In this document: positions 55,478-63,769 of the stretch, in pieces
How the letters are laid out: each line of letters opens with the position of its first letter
Position numbering within the stretch: position 1 is the first letter of the stretch
Sequence record: MT612988.1
Reading direction: 5' to 3' (one strand)
DNA length: 64,000 nucleotides
Notes under the pieces: generated by a model
Databases searched by the model: none
What the model was told of the DNA's origin: nothing
Seen by the model: only the letters and a program-made list of their open reading frames with translations
Program-made: the position numbers and the translations under genes

Positions 55478-57711
55478 TTGACCTCTCTTGTGAAATTACC
55501 TTTCTTGGCAAATTTAATATGCTTATCGAACATGCTTTGTTCATGCTTCTCACTGTGTGAGATAATAAACACGTTATCTTGAATACTGCTCAAGATTTGG
55601 TTGATAGAATCAACACCATCAGTATCAGCAGCCGAATCAAATACTTCATCGAGTACTAATAGGTTGGTCATTGAGCCTGTACGAGCACTTACTAAGTCAC
55701 GAAACGCGAATAGCAATGCCAAGTCAATACGACAACGTTCGCCTTGAGAGAATGACGTGTAACTAAAGTCGTCACGACCACGAGATTTAATCGTCTCGTT
55801 GAATTCTTCATCAAGAACAAAGTTGTAGTTTGCATTCATGGTCTTCAAGTAGTCATTGATATACTTGTTGATCATCGGAATGTACTGGCGAACGATCATC
55901 GACTTCACGCCGTCATCTTTCAATAATGTACCAACGATGGTACGACAGTGCTTAGTCTGCAAATCATTTTGCAAGCCTGCCTTCACTTCACGAACTTCAG
56001 CAGTCAGTTTCTTGATCAGCGCCGAGCGGTCTTCCGTTGCAGCTTTCGCTTTTACGTCTTCAATGTCTGCATTGATAGTCGCAATCTTGGACGTCAAGTT
56101 CTGCTCGTTAGTTATTGCTTTCGCTAATTCAGCTTTGTCTTTAGCGATGTTATTCGCTAATTCTTCGCGTTCACTCGCACCCTTATCGGTCAATGACGCT
56201 TTGATGTCAGCAAACTGCGCAACTGATTCTGCACGAGCTTTAGATTGTTCTTCACGTAACAACGTCAGTGTATCGTTGAAAATACTGGTTTTCTTCGACA
56301 TTTCTTCACGCTGCGCTTCGATTACTTCAGCACGCTTCTCTGATTGCTTTTTAACAAGCACAGAACGCTCTGTACGCTGTTTCTCATCTAAATCTGAACG
56401 TTCACTCGCACGAGTGCTAATATACTCACTACGAGCTTTAGACTGCGCTTGAGCAGCACGAATCTTTTCAGCAAGTGCTTTGCTTTCTTCAGTAAGAGTT
56501 GCGATCTGCGAATCAGCCATATCAATGACACTTTGCGCGAAATCAGACGAAATTGTTTGCTTACACGTCGAACATTCACAGTCACCGTTCTTCTCGAAGA
56601 ATTCTTTATTCTCTTTGAGCTTCGCGATTTCTTTCTTGTTGCTCAACACCGTCGAAGTATCAGCAGCAATAGCATCAGCATCGGGTGCTTCTGGTGTGTT
56701 TTTCTCGGTCTCTTTATCGAAATCAATCAATTCTTGTGAGTGTTCTTTGTCGAGGTCGAGAACTTCTTGTTCATTCAGCTCGTCGATTACGTTCTGTTCG
56801 CTTGTTTGCTTAGCCTTGAGTTCATCAAGTTCTTCTTTCTGTTTAGATTCGATCTCGTTGATATTGGCACGGTGCTCAGAATCTAACGCAGCAAGTTCAG
56901 TTTCGTGCTCTTCTTCTGCCGCTGACAGTTCAAAGTCAAGCTTCTGTTTCAGATCACGTAGAATCTTGCTATCGCCGCTGATTTGATTTTCAAGCTCTGC
57001 GATTGCAATACCAATAGGTACAAGCTCTGCTTCAGCTTCTTTCTTACGCGCTTCAAGTTGAGCAAGATCACCATCACGGTTATCTTGCTGTTCTTTCTGA
57101 AACTGAATGTGTAGTTTAAGCTCACCCATTCGACGTTCGATTTCAGCTTCGGTATCTTTGATCTTCTCATTGAGTTGTTTCAGCGCAACTTTGTTCAACG
57201 CTGCCATATCACTGAAGATACCGATATCAAGCAAGTCTTCTACAATCTCACGACGTTTACCAGCAGGTAAAAGCATAAATGGTGTATAACCCGCTGTGCC
57301 TAGCACCGCAATCTGTTTAAACGTGCTTAGACTCATTTTCAAGATGTTCTTTTCGAGCATGTCTTGATAATCAGCAACAGCAGCTTCTTGCGGGATTAGT
57401 TCATCGTCTTTGTAGATTTCGAACTTGTTTGGTTTAATACCGCGAATGATTTTATAAACATGCTTATTGTCTTGAAATGTAATTTCAACCAATAGCTTTT
57501 TCTTATTCACGGCGTTGACTATCTGAGTCTTTTTGATATTACGGAATGGTTTACCGTACAACGCGAAACAAACTGCTTCGATAAACGTCGATTTACCAGC
57601 ACCGTTTGTACCAGTAATCAATGTCTTATTAAACTCAGATAAATCTACTGTAATAGGCGTGTTGCCTACTGACATGATATTACTATATGTTACGTCTTTA
57701 AACTTAATCAT
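55474..57711 (-). CDS. 46: Rad50/SbcC-like ATPase gp46
   Basis: GTNGAGKST, zinc hook CSTC, signature FSQGE, Walker B LVLDEVFD; 745 aa. Confidence 0.95.
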   Translation of the reverse strand: MIKFKDVTYSNIMSVGNTPITVDLSEFNKTLITGTNGAGKSTFIEAVCFALYGKPFRNIKKTQIVNAVNKKKLLVEITFQDNKHVYKIIRGIKPNKFEIYKDDELIPQEAAVADYQDMLEKNILKMSLSTFKQIAVLGTAGYTPFMLLPAGKRREIVEDLLDIGIFSDMAALNKVALKQLNEKIKDTEAEIERRMGELKLHIQFQKEQQDNRDGDLAQLEARKKEAEAELVPIGIAIAELENQISGDSKILRDLKQKLDFELSAAEEEHETELAALDSEHRANINEIESKQKEELDELKAKQTSEQNVIDELNEQEVLDLDKEHSQELIDFDKETEKNTPEAPDADAIAADTSTVLSNKKEIAKLKENKEFFEKNGDCECSTCKQTISSDFAQSVIDMADSQIATLTEESKALAEKIRAAQAQSKARSEYISTRASERSDLDEKQRTERSVLVKKQSEKRAEVIEAQREEMSKKTSIFNDTLTLLREEQSKARAESVAQFADIKASLTDKGASEREELANNIAKDKAELAKAITNEQNLTSKIATINADIEDVKAKAATEDRSALIKKLTAEVREVKAGLQNDLQTKHCRTIVGTLLKDDGVKSMIVRQYIPMINKYINDYLKTMNANYNFVLDEEFNETIKSRGRDDFSYTSFSQGERCRIDLALLFAFRDLVSARTGSMTNLLVLDEVFDSAADTDGVDSINQILSSIQDNVFIISHSEKHEQSMFDKHIKFAKKGNFTREVK

Positions 57712-57928
57712 TGGCTATTTCATCCCATCGGTCAACTGCTTCTTCTTTCGTAGAACCATAGACGACTAGACTATGCTCAACGAAAGGAGGAGTGCGCTGA
57801 TCATCATCGTCGTTGTCACATTCAACAATCCACGCTGTGAAACTACACCCATTTGCCATTACTGGCGCCTTATGAATAAACGGAAGTTTGCCGCAGATTT
57901 TACAAGGACTTACTAGTTCACGTTCCAT
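57704..57928 (-). CDS. Small protein, Lar (restriction alleviation)-like
   Basis: SPCKICG...IVEC...STKEEAVDRW pattern. Confidence 0.45.
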   Translation of the reverse strand: MERELVSPCKICGKLPFIHKAPVMANGCSFTAWIVECDNDDDDQRTPPFVEHSLVVYGSTKEEAVDRWDEIAND

Positions 57929-58971
57929 TATGCATTCTCCAAAGCTTCAGCACGAAGCGCCGAGAAGATAGATTTAACTTTCGTCTTAACATCAGTCGAT
58001 TCGTCAAGCGTATCTGCATACTCAGCAACATAGTCGTCAATGTCTTTGATCGATTTGATGTCTTCAGCAACATCTTTCTTGATATCTAATTCATCAAGTG
58101 TTTGACACGCATGTGCGATTTGTGCAATACGGTCTTCGACGACATCAAACGAGATTTCTCGCTTGTCGCTTGAACGACGTTCAACGATAATCTTGACGTT
58201 ACGGTTTTCATAGCTCGGGATTGTTTTCGGGTCAAACGTCTCGGCATCAAAGTAAAGCTTTGTATGCCAACAGTTAGGGTTCTCGATAAACTCCATTTCA
58301 TGAGTTTCAGTATCGAACAACCAAAAACCACGCTTGTCGTCAGCATCTGCAAGTGTCAATGTATACGGAGTACCAAGATACTTGATGTTGCCTGCTTCAG
58401 ACTGAGTGTGAAAGTGACCAGACCATACTTGCTTGTACTTCTTCAAGAAGCCAGCATCAAGACAGCCCGTTGCTTTCTGACCGCGATGAAATTCAAAACC
58501 ATTTAGTTCGAAGTGACCGACACAGTATTCAGATGTCGATTTTTTGATGAATTCATCGATTTCAACCGCATTTTCTTTACAAATCCACGGAATAATGTCG
58601 ATTTTCACGCCATCAAACTCAACCGTTGTCGGTTTTTCATAGATAGTCACATCAGGGACAATGCTCAGTACTTCATACGGTGTATTAGGTACAATGCATT
58701 CACGCAAGTGCATGTCATGGTTACCCACTAGAACGTGAGTGTCATATCCCTTCAGCATGCCATTTAGATACGTTCGCTGAAACATCAATGTTTCTTGAGT
58801 CGCACCGCGTCGAACATCAAACCAGTCGCCTAGCTGAATGATCTGTTTTACACCGCGCTCTTCAAGTTCAGCAAACATAAAATCGAAGAATTCTCGTTGG
58901 TAGTTTTGAACCCACAAGTCGTCATCTTTAATGCCGATATGTAAGTCACCAACCAGTGCTATTTTGCTCAT
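57928..58971 (-). CDS. 47: Mre11/SbcD-like nuclease gp47
   Basis: GDLHIG, GDWFD, GNHD, GHFE, SGHFH. Confidence 0.95.
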   Translation of the reverse strand: MSKIALVGDLHIGIKDDDLWVQNYQREFFDFMFAELEERGVKQIIQLGDWFDVRRGATQETLMFQRTYLNGMLKGYDTHVLVGNHDMHLRECIVPNTPYEVLSIVPDVTIYEKPTTVEFDGVKIDIIPWICKENAVEIDEFIKKSTSEYCVGHFELNGFEFHRGQKATGCLDAGFLKKYKQVWSGHFHTQSEAGNIKYLGTPYTLTLADADDKRGFWLFDTETHEMEFIENPNCWHTKLYFDAETFDPKTIPSYENRNVKIIVERRSSDKREISFDVVEDRIAQIAHACQTLDELDIKKDVAEDIKSIKDIDDYVAEYADTLDESTDVKTKVKSIFSALRAEALENA

Positions 58972-59477
58972 TTTTTCTCACTCGTAAGGTAAGTCACAAC
59001 CGAAGCCCAATCAGGGAATTCGTCTGTGCCAAAGTGAATGTGTTCGCCCATAAACTCACCTGCACCGTTTTTAGTGCGGTCGTCGATGAGATAATGACCG
59101 AAGTTTAACTGCTTATTGTGTGACAAGATCAGTCGTTTGTAAGCGCCTTTACCTAAGTAACGCTCAACCCACAATCGTTTATCTTGCCATGCACCGGGAT
59201 TATCCCACGGTGCGGTAGATAGTATATAGCAATCGAAGTGTTTGTTCAACATTTCAAATGCAGAAACTGCACCGTTGAGTGGTTTCATGTGAGCGAAAAT
59301 ACCCGGGCATTCATCGTAGCGACCTTCATATTGATTGCGCTCCCATATTGAAAGAGCATCAATACCGCTTTTGAAGTCAACAAGCACATTGTCCATATCA
59401 ATGTAAACAATCGGCTTTGCTTTCTTAGCGCGAGTGATCGCACGAATCATCAATTTAACTACGTTCATAAGCTTCAT
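58968..59477 (-). CDS. 5-prime(3-prime)-deoxyribonucleotidase (NT5C family)
   Basis: YIDMDNVLVDF, ILSTAPW, YLIDDR. Confidence 0.85.
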   Translation of the reverse strand: MKLMNVVKLMIRAITRAKKAKPIVYIDMDNVLVDFKSGIDALSIWERNQYEGRYDECPGIFAHMKPLNGAVSAFEMLNKHFDCYILSTAPWDNPGAWQDKRLWVERYLGKGAYKRLILSHNKQLNFGHYLIDDRTKNGAGEFMGEHIHFGTDEFPDWASVVTYLTSEKK

Positions 59478-59919
59478 TCTGCAAATGTTCCCGAATCTCT
59501 GTCAATCGGCTACAGAATTCTTGTACAGTTAAAACCGTCTCTGTCTGCTTCTTACGCCCGATTGAATGAGTAAGGGTAGCTTTACCAGTAGCAAGCAGTG
59601 CCTTTTGAAATTTGACGTTCTGAGCCAACGCAGCGTACGCATCATCGAGTAACGATTGATAACCAACCGAACCTCTCTGAATCGGCTCACCTTGCCAATA
59701 AAGTGTCTGAGTGCGCTGCCAGTTCTTCTTTGCACCGCGTGCTTTAGCAACTTTACCTACAAGCTTGCAGACTTCACGTTGCATATCAGGGTTTTTAAAC
59801 TTCAGTGACTGAAGAAACCCTTCCATTGAAGCACATTCAACGCCACGCACAGTGAATGCGTGTGGCGCAAAGTTCGACAGCGCACTGGCTGGGTAACCAG
59901 CGCCTGATTTGATGTCCAT
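59455..59919 (-). CDS. NADAR-family protein (T4 gp30.3-like)
   Basis: Start moved to MDIKSGAGYPASALSNFA; SMEGFLQSLK, TLYWQG, ALLAT...LTHSIG. Confidence 0.8.
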   Translation of the reverse strand: MDIKSGAGYPASALSNFAPHAFTVRGVECASMEGFLQSLKFKNPDMQREVCKLVGKVAKARGAKKNWQRTQTLYWQGEPIQRGSVGYQSLLDDAYAALAQNVKFQKALLATGKATLTHSIGRKKQTETVLTVQEFCSRLTEIREHLQNEAYERS

Positions 59920-60269
59920 TACTGACCCGCTTTCGCTTCTGCGAAAGAGCGTACGATAGTCAATACTTGTTCGCGACTTGTTTCCCAAAGCGTCTCAAGC
60001 ACATCGTCACCGACAGTTTGACCAGTAATAGAACGCAGCTTACGAATTGCGTAGATATAACCCGCTTTGTTCTCTTCAATTAAACACTTTTCAGCGTGCT
60101 TACGCAGACGTTTAATCTCACGCGAGTTCTTTTTGATGCGTCGTTTAGCTTCTTTCTCAATCAAAGCACGGCGTTGAGCGTTAATCTGTTCGAGATATTC
60201 TTGTACCTCTTGATCATCGACTACATCAACAATTTCGTCGTCTTTAAGTAAATCTGGCTTTTCTTGCAT
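59919..60269 (-). CDS. T4 a-gt.4-like conserved hypothetical protein
   Basis: EAKRRIKKNSREIKRLRKHAE...YIYAIRKLR; synteny between 55 and 47. Confidence 0.7.
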   Translation of the reverse strand: MQEKPDLLKDDEIVDVVDDQEVQEYLEQINAQRRALIEKEAKRRIKKNSREIKRLRKHAEKCLIEENKAGYIYAIRKLRSITGQTVGDDVLETLWETSREQVLTIVRSFAEAKAGQ

Positions 60270-60730
60270 TACTGCTCCTTAGTATCGACCTGAATCTTTA
60301 AATGGTCGATGATGAATTGAAATTGTGTATGTGTTGAAAATGGAAGAATCTTACCATCTTTCTGAGCGTGAAGCTTCAGTTCATGACGATCTTCAGCAAT
60401 CAATAGTGTATCGCGAGTATGCTCGACTTCTTGAAAGTCAGTGTACATTACATCAACGTTTAATTGCTTACCGAGCGTATCAAACCAAGCGCGTTGTTGT
60501 TCAGCAATAACCGAAACTTTGCTCAAAACGGCAATGAATGAAATCTTTTGATTTAAGAGAAAATCAAGGACAGCAGTTGACGGTAGACGCTCATAAAGCT
60601 TGACTTCAATTGCTTTATTGAGTACGTTGTCACGCTCTTTTTTCTCAAGCTGGTCGATTTGAGGCGCACCTGCAATTGCAAACCCAAGAGTGTCATCAGA
60701 TAGAATGTTGCTCGTTTCAATATAAATCAT
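60269..60730 (-). CDS. Hypothetical protein (possibly degenerate HAD-like)
   Basis: LLIAED...AQKDG pattern. Confidence 0.55.
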   Translation of the reverse strand: MIYIETSNILSDDTLGFAIAGAPQIDQLEKKERDNVLNKAIEVKLYERLPSTAVLDFLLNQKISFIAVLSKVSVIAEQQRAWFDTLGKQLNVDVMYTDFQEVEHTRDTLLIAEDRHELKLHAQKDGKILPFSTHTQFQFIIDHLKIQVDTKEQ

Positions 60731-60777
60731 AATGTTTCCTTCAATGTTTGAGTATTATATCTAACAAATAAGAGCAG

Positions 60778-61044
60778 TTAAACTATTCGTTTTGCTCGTT
60801 TTGCTCGTTCTGTAAGTGCATCTGAGAATTCCGCTTCTAATGTTTCTAATGTATCGTCTAATGTTACAGTAACAACACACATAGAGTCAAGAAGAATAAA
60901 TGTCACTTTTTCTTCGTCTGTCTTGATTGTTAAATCTTCGTCAGGCATAATCATGAATTCTCGCGACCAGAATGCGAAAGACGTAGCAGGGCAGTCTAGC
61001 ATATCACGTACAGTAGTAAGGCGAATTGATTCAGTAATCATCAT
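60778..61044 (-). CDS. Hypothetical protein
   Basis: First gene after a PeSL-like promoter. Confidence 0.6.
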   Translation of the reverse strand: MMITESIRLTTVRDMLDCPATSFAFWSREFMIMPDEDLTIKTDEEKVTFILLDSMCVVTVTLDDTLETLEAEFSDALTERAKRAKRIV

Positions 61045-61085
61045 AATGTACTCTCTTTGTTTTCGTATCTCGTTTCGATAGAGCT

Positions 61086-61121
61086 ATAATACGCAAAAAG
61101 GGTTGCCGAAGCAACCCTTTT
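61086..61121 (-). promoter_or_regulatory. PeSL-like terminator/early promoter
   Basis: AAAAGGG-TTGCTT-CGGCAACCCTTTTTGCG-TATTAT (17-bp spacer; UUCG loop). Confidence 0.75.
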
Positions 61122-61138
61122 ATTCAAATAATTTCAAA

Positions 61139-61786
61139 TTATTTTGTCCAAACTACCGAAGCACCTGAACCAGATTTCTTGTAACCGTACTTTGAAAGGT
61201 CTGGAATACGTTGAAAGCTGTCTTTCGCTGTAACTACACCGCGAGTAGCAATTTCTTTAGCCACGTCTCTTGTTGCATTACCTGCTTCAATCTGCATAGA
61301 CAGATCTGGATATTCTTGAGCAATGAATTGCATCATGATATCGTTTTTGCTTTTACCACTGATCACGTTCAACACAGTTTGAGTAATGTCAGTACCGCGA
61401 GTGATATGGAAAACTTTACCACGAGCACGAGACTCAACATCACGAATAATCTCTGCTTCGACTTCTTCAGGTACAACGTTCAGTACGTAAGAAGTAAACG
61501 CCGTATCGAATGATTCCCCATTTGGGATAGTCAGACTGACATCAGTCCAACCATCAGCAGATGTACCATTGAATTTGTCATATGCATACGTTTTGATGCC
61601 TTCAGAGCGTAAAAATTCAGCGTTACGACCGTATTTACCAGCACCATAGTCAAGAGCAGTACCACCCGGTGTAAACATACCTTTCTTGTATAGTTTAACC
61701 AGTGCTGCTACTTCTTTACCACGTATCGACGTTGCTGCGGAACTGTACTTTTGTACTTCAGTTAAAAATTCACCAAATTTCTTCAT
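61139..61786 (-). CDS. Class I SAM-dependent methyltransferase with CTS-like N-terminus
   Basis: Start moved to MKKFGEFLTE; ALDYGAGKYG, YAYD, FDTAFTSYVLNVV. Confidence 0.75.
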   Translation of the reverse strand: MKKFGEFLTEVQKYSSAATSIRGKEVAALVKLYKKGMFTPGGTALDYGAGKYGRNAEFLRSEGIKTYAYDKFNGTSADGWTDVSLTIPNGESFDTAFTSYVLNVVPEEVEAEIIRDVESRARGKVFHITRGTDITQTVLNVISGKSKNDIMMQFIAQEYPDLSMQIEAGNATRDVAKEIATRGVVTAKDSFQRIPDLSKYGYKKSGSGASVVWTK

Positions 61787-61793
61787 TGTGCAC

Positions 61794-63239
61794 CTACTTA
61801 ATATCAATATCAATCAGATAGTTCGTTGCGTTAACGCTGAACTCAATCAAAGTACCGTCAACCGAAACGTCAACGCCGTTTTCAACGATGTTTTCCATCA
61901 TCGAGTAAAGTGTTTCTTGATCAAGCATCGCTTCAGAGAAAGATTGACCAACCTTGAATGAACTGAACTGATCATTTGCAAGAGCACGAATCAGTGAATC
62001 AACATCATCAACCATTTCAGTCACTGGACGTAGACTAGACATGATATTCGGGTGGAATACACGATTCGACTCAGCCATTGTTGAAAATGCAGTCACTGTT
62101 TGACGCTCAGGGGTAACACAACCATCGAACGATAGCATAGCTTCAGCAAATGCTTTACAGTCAAAACGTTTCACGCCTTTACGTTCCATCATCGCAATCA
62201 TATCAAGAAGCGGGTAACCTGCTTCAGATAATTCAACGCGATATTCTTCACACACACGACCTGCACGCATAGCATGTTCCGCGTTTGTTAGAACAATACT
62301 TGTGTTGTTGTGTTTCAGCTTCCAACCGTTGTCAAAATACGCTTCTTTCACATCAACAAGATTTTGCCATGCAGTCGATGTCAGTGGCGCAGTCGCGATT
62401 TCTTTCGTGAAAACGTTCTGAGCATGTTCAATCATGGTGATGTTCTGTTTCAGATCGTATGCTTTGAATCCTTCTAGCATCGGCAAGCCAGTATCGTCTT
62501 TACGTTCACGAGCGTATGATACGTCTTTCGCTTCTTTTACAATGAACAAGTCCATGATTTTACGGTTCAGTGCAGCCAATGTAAGTGCATTTTTACCAGA
62601 CTTGATTTTCATCTCAGTGATGTCAGACAGTTCGGCTTTTGAATCAACCGATTCAACAGTCACATAAACGTCACCAAGCTCGATGTTTTCAGCCATTGAC
62701 AGTATTTCAGATGCTGAATTGTCATCAATTGATAGCGATTCAATTACAAGCTTATCAGAATCAGCAAGATTAATTTTCATTTCACGCATAGGGAAAACAA
62801 CGTGAATGTCATTTTTCTTATAACCAAGCTTAGTCGCTTCGGCAACAACCTGATCTAAGTAACCGCCTTTAATCACGATGCTAGGAAGACGAGCTTCAGT
62901 ACACATGATCATAGACTTAACTTGCTGTAGCTCATGTGCTGGCAATGATAAGAATTCGTTTTCCATAAGCAAGTTGATTGTGCTTACGTTCTCGCTCAGA
63001 TTAATATCGAAGTTTTTCTCATCGACGTTTTTATCTTCAGCAAGTTTAGTACTCATGATAGATTTAAGCTCATTTGCCTTTTCCATCATGCCGATAGTTG
63101 TTTCAACGCCTTTGCCTTTGCTGAACTCAGTAGATGCAGTGCCTAGCTCAACAATAACTTGACCAAACTTAGGGTAGATTTTACCACCCTGAGTTTGACG
63201 GCGATTTTCACTCAGAAATGAGTCAAAGTTACCTAACAT
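61794..63239 (-). CDS. Large hypothetical protein with CTS-like N-terminus
   Basis: MLGNFDSFLSE; possible degenerate P-loop start KFGQVIVELG; TAAATA within gene 55 at 63421-63426. Confidence 0.65.
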   Translation of the reverse strand: MLGNFDSFLSENRRQTQGGKIYPKFGQVIVELGTASTEFSKGKGVETTIGMMEKANELKSIMSTKLAEDKNVDEKNFDINLSENVSTINLLMENEFLSLPAHELQQVKSMIMCTEARLPSIVIKGGYLDQVVAEATKLGYKKNDIHVVFPMREMKINLADSDKLVIESLSIDDNSASEILSMAENIELGDVYVTVESVDSKAELSDITEMKIKSGKNALTLAALNRKIMDLFIVKEAKDVSYARERKDDTGLPMLEGFKAYDLKQNITMIEHAQNVFTKEIATAPLTSTAWQNLVDVKEAYFDNGWKLKHNNTSIVLTNAEHAMRAGRVCEEYRVELSEAGYPLLDMIAMMERKGVKRFDCKAFAEAMLSFDGCVTPERQTVTAFSTMAESNRVFHPNIMSSLRPVTEMVDDVDSLIRALANDQFSSFKVGQSFSEAMLDQETLYSMMENIVENGVDVSVDGTLIEFSVNATNYLIDIDIK

Positions 63240-63248
63240 GTTAATTCC

Positions 63249-63761
63249 TTAATCGTAAAATTTCTGTAAGTTAAGTGGTTCTTTCTGTTCATCTGGTTGA
63301 GCTTTAGCAGTCTTGCCAGATTCGTAAGAATTGACACGTTCTAACATCTGTTGAAGAAAATCGAAATCAGTTTCTTCACCATCAATCGAGTAGTTAGACG
63401 AATCACATAAGAATACTTTATATTTAATCGCTGTATCTTTTCTTTCTTTCTTAATACGTTGTACAAACGCATTGAAGCAAATACGAGTGATATAAGCGTG
63501 TGGGTTGTTATACTTGTCAGTGTCGAAGTTCTTGATATAGCGCAAGCAATGTTCAATCGCGTCACCAATCATCTCTTCTTTCCATGTTGCAGTATACCCA
63601 CTAAAATTGTAACGGCGAGATAAATTCTCGCTGATCTTCATGATGCTGATTGCTACCACGTCAGGGACGGGAATTGCAGCATCAGGGTGTTTCTTCATTT
63701 CGTTTTTCCATTCGCACAAAGATGCGTACAGAGCTTTATTATCTACATAATGATTTTTCAT
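63249..63761 (-). CDS. 55: Late transcription sigma factor gp55
   Basis: YVDNKALY, YNFSGYT..WKEEMIGDAIE, NPHAYIT.ICFNAFVQRIKKE. Confidence 0.95.
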   Translation of the reverse strand: MKNHYVDNKALYASLCEWKNEMKKHPDAAIPVPDVVAISIMKISENLSRRYNFSGYTATWKEEMIGDAIEHCLRYIKNFDTDKYNNPHAYITRICFNAFVQRIKKERKDTAIKYKVFLCDSSNYSIDGEETDFDFLQQMLERVNSYESGKTAKAQPDEQKEPLNLQKFYD

Positions 63762-63769
63762 GTCACACC

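Noticed and set aside
792-60510. Most short plus-strand ORFs in the track (for example 2690, 9675, 15874, 25709, 55856, 56480)
   Set aside because: They are antisense to well-supported minus-strand genes, lack SD sequences and show no family motifs. Only 11610, 21860, 37254 and 51948 are supported on the plus strand.
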